Assembly: GCA_964638895.1 (NCBI GenBank)
Contig: CAZWYY010000012.1
Location: 950-64,949, forward strand
DNA: 64,000 bases
Reading direction: 5' to 3'
DNA from: an uncultured Spirochaetaceae bacterium
GTDB lineage: Bacteria; Spirochaetota; Spirochaetia; SZUA-6; RPPD01
Shown: positions 45,864 to 55,354 of the stretch, piece by piece
How the letters are laid out: every line of letters begins with the position of its first letter
How positions within the stretch are numbered: the first letter of the stretch is position 1
The notes under the pieces: model-generated
Told to the model about the DNA's origin: nothing
Seen by the model: the letters and a program-made list of their open reading frames with translations, nothing else
Database searches by the model: none
Program-made: the position numbers and the translations under genes

Positions 45864-47379
45864 ACTCGATTATCCGGGTTTCCCTTATCATGGTGACCTT
45901 TATTCTGCCTGGATAACTAAGTTCGCTTTCAATGCGCTTGGCGATCTCTTTGGCGAGTATCTTTGCCTCCTCATCGGATACTTCCTCATTATTCACCAGT
46001 ATCCGTAGCTCTCTGCCGGCCTGAATGGCGTAGGATTTTTCCACACCCTCAAAAGATTCCGCAATCTTCTCCAGGTTTTCCAGCCTCTTGATATAATTAT
46101 CAAGCGATTCCTTGCGCGCGCCCGGCCGGGCGGCCGATATTTCATCGGCTATCTGTACGATAACCGCCTCTATGCTCATGGGCTCCACATCGTTATGATG
46201 CGCCCCTATGGCGTTAATGATAACCTCATCCTCTCCCAGACGCCGCGCCAGCTCCATGCCCATCTCGGCGTGGTTGCCCTCGCTGTTGGTCTCAAGCCCT
46301 TTCCCGATATCATGCAGCAGGGCCGCGCGTTTGGCGATAGACGGATTGGCCCCCACCTCTCCCGCGATCATGCTGGCGATGACCGCGACCTCTTTTGAAT
46401 GGTCCAGCACATTTTGTCCGTAACTGGTACGAAAATACAGCCTGCCCAGGGCTTTTACCCCCTCCGGCGGCATATTGTGAATGCCAAGCTCAAAGAGAAT
46501 GTGTTCTCCCTTTTCAAAGATGGTCTGGGTTATCTCCTTGGTAACCTTTTGCACGATCTCCTCGATCCTGGCCGGGTGAATCCTGCCGTCGGCGATCAAC
46601 CGTTCCAGTGAGGTCCGGGCGATCTCCTTGCGAATGGGATCAAAACAGGAGATGACAACGGCTTCCGGTGTATCATCGATAATAATATCCACACCGGCCA
46701 GGGTTTCCAATGCGCGTATATTTCTGCCCTCACGCCCGATGATTCTGCCCTTCATCTCATCGTTCGGCAGACTGACCGTGGCTACCGTAACCTCGGAACA
46801 GACCTCTGTGGCCATCCTCTGAATAGTACTGATAATAATATCTCTTGCTTTTTTATCAGCCGTCAGCTGTGCTTCCTGCTCGATTCTGTTTATGGAAACC
46901 TGCGCGTCATGTTTTGCCTCATTATCCAGACTCTGAATAAGCAGTTTTTTTGCGTCCGCGGCCGAAATTCCGGAAATTCTTTCCAGTTCTTTTTTACATT
47001 TTTCCTGATCAAGTATTATTTGTTCTTCGCGTTCTACACACTGCCTCTCACGGTTTTGCAGATTCCGCTCCTGTTTTTCAAGAGTGGATAATCTTTTTTC
47101 TAGGTTTTCTTCTTTCTGTAATAATCTTCTCTCAAGCCTTTGTAATTCACTTCTTCTTTCCCTTGTTTCCTTTTCAAGCTGACCCCTTTCCCGAATCAGC
47201 TGCTCTTTTGTTTCTAAGAGGATATCACGCTTTTTTGCCTCCGCTTCCTTTACAGCGTCGTGAATAATCCTGCTTGCTCTTTGTTCTGATGATGAAAGTT
47301 GAAATCTGGCATAAAGCCATCTTATTAACCAACCTAGAATACCAGCGAGAGGAAGACCTATAATTAACCATAGTTCCAT
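45853..47379 (-). CDS. rny: ribonuclease Y
   Basis: 508 aa. It has an N-terminal TM helix, a coiled coil, a KH domain (MKGRIIGREGRNIRALE) and an HD domain (LLHDIGK...GAHH). Confidence 0.95.
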   Translation of the reverse strand: MELWLIIGLPLAGILGWLIRWLYARFQLSSSEQRASRIIHDAVKEAEAKKRDILLETKEQLIRERGQLEKETRERRSELQRLERRLLQKEENLEKRLSTLEKQERNLQNRERQCVEREEQIILDQEKCKKELERISGISAADAKKLLIQSLDNEAKHDAQVSINRIEQEAQLTADKKARDIIISTIQRMATEVCSEVTVATVSLPNDEMKGRIIGREGRNIRALETLAGVDIIIDDTPEAVVISCFDPIRKEIARTSLERLIADGRIHPARIEEIVQKVTKEITQTIFEKGEHILFELGIHNMPPEGVKALGRLYFRTSYGQNVLDHSKEVAVIASMIAGEVGANPSIAKRAALLHDIGKGLETNSEGNHAEMGMELARRLGEDEVIINAIGAHHNDVEPMSIEAVIVQIADEISAARPGARKESLDNYIKRLENLEKIAESFEGVEKSYAIQAGRELRILVNNEEVSDEEAKILAKEIAKRIESELSYPGRIKVTMIRETRIIEYAR

Positions 47380-47434
47380 TATCTTCCTCCACTTTAGAAT
47401 TCTTAATTAAAATCTAATAAATATACACCTATAA

Positions 47435-47462
47435 AGTATATAATTTTCACAATATTAGTCAA
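47435..47462 (-). promoter_or_regulatory. sigma70-like promoter candidate for rny-ymdB-tlyA
   Basis: The minus strand reads TTGACT (47457-47462), then 16 nt, then TATACT (47435-47440). This is about 55 nt upstream of ATG 47379, which has a GGAGGAAG RBS. Confidence 0.45.
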
Positions 47463-47482
47463 GAGATATAATGATGTTATGT

Positions 47483-50173
47483 TCATTCAACCTGGACATC
47501 AATATCTTTTAAAATCTCGGTTATCTTCTTGTCCTGCCTGCCTGTCAAACCGATAAACAGGTATGCATTCCGGCCCGCGAACCTGGCGGGAAAGAGAATT
47601 GCGTGCTTTATATATTTCTTGTCCTGTTTGGACAGTTTGTCATCAAAAACATGGATCGCGGTTAGAGGCTGCTTGATATACAGAACCATGCGCGGTTCCA
47701 GGTAATTGACGACAAACGGCGAATCAACCGGAAGCATAAAGGCGTTTTTACTTTCATCATCGAGTCCGATTGAAAAACTGACCCCATATGTATTGCCTTT
47801 GATATTCAGAATAGCCGCGCACACCGATTTCATTTTCTTTAATAACCTGCCGAACGCCTGCACACTGGCTTTATCACCCGCGCCGTAATTGTACTGCCGG
47901 AAATATTCATCCATATCCATTCCCGTATCGGTAAACGGCATGCGCTTTACCGCCCTGGAAAATATCTTTCCCGGTTCGATTTTCCCAATCCCGGTATCCG
48001 TGGCAAAATCGGACAGCGATTCGTCGATTTTAATCAGATGTTCGATACCGACAACGCCCTTTTCTTCCTGTGCTCTTTCGGCGGTAATCACAGCCTCAGC
48101 CAAGGCCTTTAAGCCTTTACGCACGGGCTTGACCTGCTGCTTATTATAGAGTTCCTCCTTTATTCTATATATACCGTTATCAAAAATAACGTTTGTTCCT
48201 GTGTTTTCATATTCTCTTTTTACCTCCTCAAGCGAATAGCAGATTATCTTTCCTTGCTCGATATACTCCCTGATTTGCGCGACGGCCCAGTCTTCCTCCT
48301 CCTCACGTGGTATTTTTGCTGTTGTGACCGGAAGCTCGGGAAGCTCCTCAACCGGTTCGGATTCAAATGACCGTAGTTCCTCTGTTATATCGCCCTTCGC
48401 GCCCGCAGCGGCCACAGGCTCGTGCACCTTTTCCGCTTCCGCGACCTCTTCGGCCCCGGCAAGCTCCTCTACCGCTTCAATCTCTTCCAGACCTTCCGTC
48501 CCCTCGGGGGCCTCTATCTCAGTGACCTCCTCCGCCTCTTCCACCGGTTCCAGGGCCTCAGCCTCCGGTACCTCCTCTACCGCTTCAATCTCTTCCAGAC
48601 CTTCCGTCCCCTCGGGGGCCTCTATCTCAGTGACCTCCTCCGCCTCTTCCACCGGTTCCAGGGCTTCAGCCTCCGCGATCTCCTCCGCCTCTTCAATCTC
48701 TTCGAGACCTTCCGCTGCTTCCAGGGCCTCTACCTCCGCAGCCTCCTCCGCTTCCGTGTGCTCTTGGGCTTCCAAGAGCTCCGGGGTTTCCTCAAGCTCC
48801 CCCGCCTCCCGGCTCGGCACCTTTGCCGCCGGTCCCGTCTTCGGCTTTCCGGAAGCGGCCTCCGGCGACAGAACAATGTTCCCTTGGGACAAAGCCGACC
48901 TTATAAGCTCCTCTATGCGCTCCAATTCGTTTTTCGAGACATCCGACCTTGTGATATTACCTTTTAAAAACGATGTCACCTCGTCCCAGCTCCTCATAAT
49001 ATAGTCGTCCAGTTTGGTTTCCCCGGACTCCGATATCTTTTTCAGACCCTGCTTCATGTATTTTTTTATTTCAGCCCGTCTGGCATTCATTTCATGTTCC
49101 CAGCGCTCAAGGTCAATATCTTCCTTACTCTTTAGAAACTCCTTCAAGAACTCAACCTGGAACCTTCGCATGCGCCCGGCAACAACTGTTTGCGGATCCT
49201 GTCTGATATTAAATACAAGAAAGAGGATTAAAAAAACGGTACAAAAGAAAACAATCAAGATTACAATCTTGTGTGTCGTACTCATGGCGAACTGCGACAG
49301 TGGAACAACGGTTCCGTATATTCCGTATTCCGTCTGCCGGTAAAAAAGCCTTACCTCCTGATCGTCCAGGATTGTCGCCAGGGTGACGGCGGAGATACTG
49401 TCACCGGAAATCCCTGACCATATGCCGCCAAGTTCATTTCTTAATGTCTCAAGCGTATCCTGACCCGCGTATTGGGAAAGTCCGGACGGATCAAATAGTA
49501 TGCAGTTGGCGGAAATGATTTTCATGTCCTTTAAAACCGTACCCGGAAGTTCATTCAGCAGGTAAAGGCGTAGGTTGTCCGCCGGCACGTAAAAAAGCGC
49601 GGTTCCCAGTAGATCATTAAGGCTGTCGACAACGGGAAGCATGTAGATAAAGCAGTTGGAGGCATAATCCAGGATAATTTTGGGATTCTGCCCCACGGCC
49701 GTGAAGACCGGCAAAGAGACGCCTGCAGGATCGGCTTTGTTAAGATCCTTGTAACTTATTTTCCCAGGCGCCCTGGGTTCGATAATATCGGCTTCCAATG
49801 TACTGTAATGAATTTTTTTACCCTGCAACCCCACGAGCCGCACAAAAAACTGGCCGGGGAATTTCCTGCCGAGCGTATCAAACGCGTCCTTCCTGCCCTT
49901 AATATCTTCATCCGTCTGATTGGTATAGTATGCCCTCCACACATAATCTTTTTTTACAACTACGGCAAAGTTATTTTCTATGTTGTTCTTATGATACTCC
50001 AGTGCGGCCTTTATATAGCGGGAGGTTGTTGTTTCGATATCCTTGGCAATTATGGGATAATACAAATCGGTTTCAATTATGGAAAAAAGATTTGTAAAGG
50101 CCAATACTGCAAAAAGCCCGCCAAGGGCAATGGAGATCAGAATAGTAAGTATAATCTTCCTGCTGTTCTTCAA
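47483..50173 (-). CDS. large hypothetical membrane protein (TM - extracytoplasmic domain - TM - acidic repeat region - C-terminal globular domain)
   Basis: 896 aa. TM1 is IILTILISIALGGLFAVLAF and TM2 is IVILIVFFCTVFLILFLVF. A central Glu/Ala-rich region of about 170 aa contains exact 33-aa repeats. I recognise no catalytic motif. Confidence 0.8.
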   Translation of the reverse strand: MKNSRKIILTILISIALGGLFAVLAFTNLFSIIETDLYYPIIAKDIETTTSRYIKAALEYHKNNIENNFAVVVKKDYVWRAYYTNQTDEDIKGRKDAFDTLGRKFPGQFFVRLVGLQGKKIHYSTLEADIIEPRAPGKISYKDLNKADPAGVSLPVFTAVGQNPKIILDYASNCFIYMLPVVDSLNDLLGTALFYVPADNLRLYLLNELPGTVLKDMKIISANCILFDPSGLSQYAGQDTLETLRNELGGIWSGISGDSISAVTLATILDDQEVRLFYRQTEYGIYGTVVPLSQFAMSTTHKIVILIVFFCTVFLILFLVFNIRQDPQTVVAGRMRRFQVEFLKEFLKSKEDIDLERWEHEMNARRAEIKKYMKQGLKKISESGETKLDDYIMRSWDEVTSFLKGNITRSDVSKNELERIEELIRSALSQGNIVLSPEAASGKPKTGPAAKVPSREAGELEETPELLEAQEHTEAEEAAEVEALEAAEGLEEIEEAEEIAEAEALEPVEEAEEVTEIEAPEGTEGLEEIEAVEEVPEAEALEPVEEAEEVTEIEAPEGTEGLEEIEAVEELAGAEEVAEAEKVHEPVAAAGAKGDITEELRSFESEPVEELPELPVTTAKIPREEEEDWAVAQIREYIEQGKIICYSLEEVKREYENTGTNVIFDNGIYRIKEELYNKQQVKPVRKGLKALAEAVITAERAQEEKGVVGIEHLIKIDESLSDFATDTGIGKIEPGKIFSRAVKRMPFTDTGMDMDEYFRQYNYGAGDKASVQAFGRLLKKMKSVCAAILNIKGNTYGVSFSIGLDDESKNAFMLPVDSPFVVNYLEPRMVLYIKQPLTAIHVFDDKLSKQDKKYIKHAILFPARFAGRNAYLFIGLTGRQDKKITEILKDIDVQVE
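48464..48716. repeat. in-frame 108-bp tandem repeat, about 2.3 copies, first two copies nearly identical
   Basis: Copy 1 (48464-48571) and copy 2 (48572-48679) are identical for about 95 nt (ctcctctaccgcttcaatctcttccagaccttccgtcccctcgggggcctctatctcagtgacctcc...). A diverged partial third copy follows. The repeat encodes AEALEPVEEAEEVTEIEAPEGTEGLEEIEAVEE twice. Confidence 0.9.
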
Positions 50174-50230
50174 TGTTCCGTCAACCGCCTCTTACACCTT
50201 GGTTTTGCATAATCGGGCCTATCTCTTATT

Positions 50231-50899
50231 TTATCGGTATATACCCGAATTAATATACTGAATAACTATAAAATACCAATTAATTGCGGCCAGTCCCACT
50301 AAAAAAAGTATTCCCTTAAGGCTTGTTCTAGGCGGATCCCTCCGGTTTTCTTCCGTTTCCTTACCATTTTTATACGTATTTAAAAGAATCTCATCAAGAC
50401 TCTGCCATATTTTCTTTAAAGGATAATGCCGCCGCTGTTCAAGCAGGCGGGAAAAATAATACAGGGTCTTGTCCAGCAGATCTCGGAACCGGCTGACAAA
50501 CGTAACGGCGTCCGTGGAAGGCCGCGCGGCCGGCGCCAGGAAAATCAACAGTTTGGAGAGATACAACAGGGTCAGAAGTCCAAACGCCTTGGAACATCCG
50601 CCGGCGAGAGCATCAAAGGTTATGGGGAAACCGAATATCCGGAATAACACCCTTCCTTCAGGGAATATGACATTAAACAAAACGGTGACAAGGATGAATA
50701 TCGCGCTTCCTTTCAAATGAAGTCTTTTCCCATTAATAAACAAAAGGAGTAAAAGAAGGGCGCCCTGAACCAGTTTTATACACAGATCCTGCTGCATTAT
50801 AATCGCGGGAGCGATCAACAAACAGGCTAAAAATGCAACAAGAGAAGACACATTCTTTTCAATCCATGTATCTTCTCTTGTTTTAGGATTGGTTTTCAC
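50231..50899 (-). CDS. hypothetical polytopic membrane protein
   Basis: 222 aa with 4-5 hydrophobic helices. I cannot assign a family. There is a faint resemblance to EcfT/CbiQ-type proteins only. Confidence 0.55.
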   Translation of the reverse strand: MKTNPKTREDTWIEKNVSSLVAFLACLLIAPAIIMQQDLCIKLVQGALLLLLLFINGKRLHLKGSAIFILVTVLFNVIFPEGRVLFRIFGFPITFDALAGGCSKAFGLLTLLYLSKLLIFLAPAARPSTDAVTFVSRFRDLLDKTLYYFSRLLEQRRHYPLKKIWQSLDEILLNTYKNGKETEENRRDPPRTSLKGILFLVGLAAINWYFIVIQYINSGIYR

Positions 50900-50907
50900 T
50901 TAAATCT

Positions 50908-51321
50908 TTACGCAGATTTTGTTGTGCCCGTCTCTTTTTTCTTCTTGGGCCGTTTCTCTCTTTCCTTGCGTTCAACCAGCTCGAGGATAACCATCTCCGC
51001 GGCGTCACCGATGCGTCTGCCCAGTTTCAATATCCTTGTATATCCACCCGGTCTTTGTTGAAAACGGGGCGCAATCTCCTTGAATAACTTGTTTAACACC
51101 CCTTTTTCCACGATTTTCTTGGCGATTGTTCTCCTGTTATGAACATTGTCCACCTTGGCCCTAGTAATCATCTTCTCCGCGGTGCGTTTGATCTCCCTGG
51201 CCTTGGGTTTTGTTGTTCTGATTCTTTCATATTTAAACAAAGAACTTACCATATTCTTATGCAGAGATTTTCTATGAGCGGGTCTTCTTCCCAACCTGTT
51301 TAAATCAACTCTATGTCTCAT
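50908..51321 (-). CDS. rplQ: 50S ribosomal protein L17
   Basis: Start is chosen at ATG 51321 ([20 protein letters not shown]...). It has a Lys-rich C-terminal tail and overlaps the rpoA stop by 11 nt. Confidence 0.95.
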   Translation of the reverse strand: MRHRVDLNRLGRRPAHRKSLHKNMVSSLFKYERIRTTKPKAREIKRTAEKMITRAKVDNVHNRRTIAKKIVEKGVLNKLFKEIAPRFQQRPGGYTRILKLGRRIGDAAEMVILELVERKEREKRPKKKKETGTTKSA

Positions 51322-52366
51322 CTTCCTTTTCCCTTTCCATTTCTTTCTTGGCAATCTTCTTAAGCGAACTGTAGTCCTTCATACCCAAACGCAAATTCCA
51401 TTCCTTCAATTTATCTTTGATTTCCTGGAGTGATTTTTTCCCGAAGTTCCTTGTTTTGGCGATCTCTTCCTCTGTTTTTTGCGTAAGGTCACCGATCGTC
51501 CGAATATTGGCGTTCTTCAGGCAGTTACTTGAACGCACTGAGAGTTCCAACTCTTCTATAGGTGTGTCCAGAATGGCCTGTATTCGGCGTTCTTCCTCAT
51601 CGGCTTCCTCATCCTCCAGCAGACTTTCTTCATCGAAATTTATGAATATCGTAAAATGATCTTTCGCAATTTTCGCAGCCTCGGCCAATGCGTCCTCCGG
51701 CCTCACTGTTCCGTCCGTCCACAACTCCAGGATCAGTTTATCATAGTCTGTTCGCTGGCCCACCCTAGTGCTTTTGATATCGAACTTTACCTTGAGAATC
51801 GGCGAAAAAATGGCGTCAATAGGAATGGTGCCTATGACGTCGATTAACTGCTCATTACGTTCGGCCGGGATATACCCCCTGCCCAGGTTGATCTGAATTT
51901 CGAAATCTATGGTAATACTATCGTTGACGGTAGCGATATGTAAATCCTTGTTAAGAATTTCCAGCCCGTTTTCCACCTCAAGGTCTCCGGCAACCAGCTC
52001 CCCGGGCCCCTTTTTGGTAACCAAAATCGTTTTCTCTTCCACCTCGTCGGAAAATTTTATTTTTACCTGTTTGAAATTACTGATCACCTCAGGGGTATCC
52101 TCAAGCACGCCGGAAATAATCTCAAACTCATTGGAGATAGTATGCGCCTTATTCTCCTTGTCATAGCTTGTTATACGCAGGGCGGTAACGGCATATCCCT
52201 GAATGGAAGATAAAAGTATTCTGCGTAGAGTATTACCGATCGTGGTACCGAAACCTCTCTCAAAAGGGTATGCCAAAAACCTTCCGTAGTTCTTTTCAAC
52301 TTCACTATGCTCAAAATTAACGCCTTTCGGCCTTTTGAATCCTTTTAAGAGATTCTTTCTTGCCAT
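51311..52366 (-). CDS. rpoA: DNA-directed RNA polymerase subunit alpha
   Basis: 351 aa. The sequence contains [17 protein letters not shown] and the alpha-[25 protein letters not shown]. Confidence 0.96.
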   Translation of the reverse strand: MARKNLLKGFKRPKGVNFEHSEVEKNYGRFLAYPFERGFGTTIGNTLRRILLSSIQGYAVTALRITSYDKENKAHTISNEFEIISGVLEDTPEVISNFKQVKIKFSDEVEEKTILVTKKGPGELVAGDLEVENGLEILNKDLHIATVNDSITIDFEIQINLGRGYIPAERNEQLIDVIGTIPIDAIFSPILKVKFDIKSTRVGQRTDYDKLILELWTDGTVRPEDALAEAAKIAKDHFTIFINFDEESLLEDEEADEEERRIQAILDTPIEELELSVRSSNCLKNANIRTIGDLTQKTEEEIAKTRNFGKKSLQEIKDKLKEWNLRLGMKDYSSLKKIAKKEMEREKEDET

Positions 52367-52380
52367 TGCTTTTTAGCTCC

Positions 52381-53016
52381 TTATTTTGAATATAATTCAA
52401 CTATCAACTGTTCCCTGATATCGGCCATATCTAAAATATCGCTTCGCCTGGGCAGGGCTTTTACCTTTCCGGCCAGCGTATCCGGATCAACCTCCAACCA
52501 CGGCATGACCCCGGCGCGTGAAAATTCCTTTAAACTCTCTTTTATCAAAATCAGTTTCTTGCTGTTTTCCTTTATTTCTATTATATCTTCAGCCTTTATC
52601 AGGTAGGACGGAATATTAACCTTTTGCTTGTTTACGAACACATGGCCGTGCAGGACCAGTTGGCGCGCCTGCTTTCTGGAGGAGGCCAGATGCATCCTGT
52701 AGACAATGTTGTCAAGCCTGCTCTCAAGCAGACAAAGTAAATTTTCACCGGTTATGCCTTTCATGCGGTCGGCTTTTTCGAAAAATATCTTAAACTGGCC
52801 CTCGAACATTCCATATATTCTCTTCAGCTTCTGTTTTTCACGGAGCTGAATCCCGTAATCGGATATCTTTCGGGTTCGCGCGCGGGGGCCTTTACCGGGC
52901 GCGCCTCTCCTTTTGGTAATCGGGCATTTTTCACTTTTACACCTGTCGCCCTTCAACATTAACTTTGTTTTCTCGGCCCTGCACAACCTGCATTGCGGTC
53001 CTATATATCTACCCAT
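52381..53016 (-). CDS. rpsD: 30S ribosomal protein S4
   Basis: MGRYIGPQCRLCRAEKTKLMLKGDRC..., followed by the S4 RNA-binding domain (RLDNIVYRMHLASSRKQARQLV.HGH). Confidence 0.96.
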   Translation of the reverse strand: MGRYIGPQCRLCRAEKTKLMLKGDRCKSEKCPITKRRGAPGKGPRARTRKISDYGIQLREKQKLKRIYGMFEGQFKIFFEKADRMKGITGENLLCLLESRLDNIVYRMHLASSRKQARQLVLHGHVFVNKQKVNIPSYLIKAEDIIEIKENSKKLILIKESLKEFSRAGVMPWLEVDPDTLAGKVKALPRRSDILDMADIREQLIVELYSK

Positions 53017-53043
53017 TTTTTCCTCCGTTTAAACTGCCTTTCA

Positions 53044-53427
53044 CTATACCCTTCTGCTTTTTTGCGGTCGGCACCCATTATGCGGAATGGGCGTAATATC
53101 GGCGATAAGCTTTACTTTTATGCCCAAACCGCCGATCGAGCGTATGGCGGACTCTCTCCCCACACCCGGACCCTTTACATATACGTCAACCTGTTGCAAC
53201 CCGGATTCCAGGGCCTTATTAAGCGCGGTTTCCGTTGTGGTCTGCGCGGCAAACGGTGTGGATTTCTTGGCACCTTTAAAACCCAGTGAACCCGCGGAAG
53301 CCCAGGAAATGGTGTTGCCCATACTGTCGGTTACCGTGACAATGGTATTGTTAAAGGTGGCCTGTATATATACGCGGCCCTCCGCTATATTCTTCTTTTT
53401 TTCTTTTTTTGCTTTTCTTTTAGCCAC
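53044..53427 (-). CDS. rpsK: 30S ribosomal protein S11
   Basis: The sequence contains [20 protein letters not shown] and [15 protein letters not shown]. Confidence 0.97.
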   Translation of the reverse strand: MAKRKAKKEKKKNIAEGRVYIQATFNNTIVTVTDSMGNTISWASAGSLGFKGAKKSTPFAAQTTTETALNKALESGLQQVDVYVKGPGVGRESAIRSIGGLGIKVKLIADITPIPHNGCRPQKSRRV

Positions 53428-53438
53428 TGTTCTTCCTC

Positions 53439-53810
53439 CTAAACGGCCTTACGTTTTCCGGCAACGGTCTTTCTCTTCCCTTTTCGTGTTCTGGCATTGG
53501 TCCTTGTCCGTTGTCCCCTTACCGGAAGTCCCTTGCGATGACGCAGGCCCCGGTAACATCCGATATCCATCAGACGCTTGATATTCAGGGCGACTTCGGT
53601 ACGAAGCCTTCCTTCAACCTTGAATTCCTGCTCAATCTCTTTTCTTAAGGTATTGATCTCTTCCCCGCTGCAGTCATTCATCTTTTTATTCGGATCTATG
53701 CCCGTCCTGGCGCATATCTTTGCAGCCGACGACCTTCCTATACCGAAGATATAGGTCAAGGCGATATCCACATGCTTGTTGGGAAGATCAACTCCCGCGA
53801 TTCTGGCCAT
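53439..53810 (-). CDS. rpsM: 30S ribosomal protein S13
   Basis: The sequence contains [22 protein letters not shown] and [25 protein letters not shown]. Confidence 0.97.
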   Translation of the reverse strand: MARIAGVDLPNKHVDIALTYIFGIGRSSAAKICARTGIDPNKKMNDCSGEEINTLRKEIEQEFKVEGRLRTEVALNIKRLMDIGCYRGLRHRKGLPVRGQRTRTNARTRKGKRKTVAGKRKAV

Positions 53811-53818
53811 ACTACCCC

Positions 53819-53932
53819 CTACCTCTGTCTCTGTTTATGTTTCGGATTTGTGCAGATTATTCTGACAACCCCGCGTCTGCGGATTATTTTACATTTGTCG
53901 CAAATTGGTTTTACGCTTACTCTTACCTTCAT
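53819..53932 (-). CDS. rpmJ: 50S ribosomal protein L36
   Basis: Not in the ORF track because it is shorter than 60 aa. The reverse complement reads ATG AAG GTA AGA..., giving [37 protein letters not shown] (37 aa), with the canonical L36 Zn-ribbon pattern. Confidence 0.93.
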   Translation of the reverse strand: MKVRVSVKPICDKCKIIRRRGVVRIICTNPKHKQRQR

Positions 53933-53953
53933 ATGTTCGTTCCTCTTACAATC

Positions 53954-55354
53954 CTAAAGATTTCTTGCCTTTATTTTCCCTTTCTTCACCAATCCTTCGT
54001 GGTGGTGCATACGCAGATGCCCCTCAATTTGGGACATGGTATCAAGGCCCACACCTACCAGGATTATCAATGAGGTACCTCCCATTATTCTTGAAACACT
54101 CCACGGAAACCCGAACAATTTGGTTATAATCGTCGGGATTATGGCAATAAACGCCAGAAACAGCGAGCCCGGTAGAATAATCCTGTTTAAAATCCTCATC
54201 AAATACTGTTCCATTTTTTCCGACCGAATACCCGGAATGGAACCGCCGTGTTCCCGTATATTCTTGGATATCTCAATGGGATTGAGGGTTACCTGCGTAT
54301 AGAAATAGGCGAAGAACACAATCAATAGGGCGTAAATTACCAGGTACGGTACGCCGTCAGGGCTTAAGAACCTCACCAGGTCCCTGAGGAATTTTACCTG
54401 GCTTCCCACGTTTCTAAGAATTTGAATCGGGGTAATAAGAATCGTGCTGGCGAAAATAATGGGAATTACGCCCGAGGGATTAAGCTTAAACGGCAGATAT
54501 GTGTTCTGCGCTCCGTACATACGCCGGCCCACCACGCGTTTGGCGTAATGCACGGGTATTTTTCTTTGTCCGCGTTGTTCGTATATAATGAGGGCCACCA
54601 CGAACACAAACATAACCAGCGCCATCATTATAAATACCGGGTTTATGCCGGTATCCGTTTGCGCGTATGGATTTACGATATCGCCCCTGTGCGCCAGACC
54701 CGTCCATACGCCGATATCCTCTATAAACCGCATCAAGGATTTTATAATCCCCAAACGCAGCAGGGCACTGGGTATACGGGCCACAATACCCGCGAAAATA
54801 AGCAATGAAATTCCATTGCCCACCCCCCTCTGGTTGATCTGTTCTCCCATCCACATTAAAAACATCGTACCCGTAGCCACGGTTACCACGCCAAGAAAGA
54901 TAAACGAGGCCCGGGGAATTGTAAGTACTTCATCACGCACCGTACTGGATATCAGAAACAAGGATTGAACCGCGGCCACACCGACAGTGGCGTACCGCGT
55001 GTACCTTTGAATCTTTTTCCTGCCCCCTTCCTCCTCCGATATTTTCTTTAACTTGGGAAATACCACAACCAAGAGCTGTATCACAATAGAGCAGGTGATG
55101 TACGGCATAATTCCCAGCATAAAGATGGAATAATTCCTAAAGGCGCCTCCGACAAACAGATCAAGATAATCCAGGATATCCACGCCCCCCGTGGCGGACT
55201 GCGTATCCAGGGTCCTTTTTAATTCAATAAAATCGATTCCCGGCAAGGGGATAACGGCACCCAATCTGAATATGATCAGAAGAAAAATAGTAAACAGTAT
55301 TCTCTGTCTGAGTTCCTGCGTTCTAAAAATATTAACCAGTGGATTTGTTGCCAT
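53954..55354 (-). CDS. secY: preprotein translocase subunit SecY
   Basis: 466 aa with 10 TM segments. The sequence contains LGIMPYITCSIVIQLL, GISLLIF.GI and the position after rplO. Confidence 0.96.
   Translation of the reverse strand: MATNPLVNIFRTQELRQRILFTIFLLIIFRLGAVIPLPGIDFIELKRTLDTQSATGGVDILDYLDLFVGGAFRNYSIFMLGIMPYITCSIVIQLLVVVFPKLKKISEEEGGRKKIQRYTRYATVGVAAVQSLFLISSTVRDEVLTIPRASFIFLGVVTVATGTMFLMWMGEQINQRGVGNGISLLIFAGIVARIPSALLRLGIIKSLMRFIEDIGVWTGLAHRGDIVNPYAQTDTGINPVFIMMALVMFVFVVALIIYEQRGQRKIPVHYAKRVVGRRMYGAQNTYLPFKLNPSGVIPIIFASTILITPIQILRNVGSQVKFLRDLVRFLSPDGVPYLVIYALLIVFFAYFYTQVTLNPIEISKNIREHGGSIPGIRSEKMEQYLMRILNRIILPGSLFLAFIAIIPTIITKLFGFPWSVSRIMGGTSLIILVGVGLDTMSQIEGHLRMHHHEGLVKKGKIKARNL

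Noticed and set aside
48464-48716. CRISPR-like or non-coding repeat array
   Set aside because: The units are directly abutting with no spacers. They are 108 bp long and in frame inside an 896-aa ORF, so this is a coding tandem duplication.
48324-49004. 226-aa Ser-rich + strand ORF (and 48422-48967) opposite the acidic repeat region
   Set aside because: This is an antisense shadow of GAA/GAG-rich coding sequence. It is compositionally trivial and has no start context.
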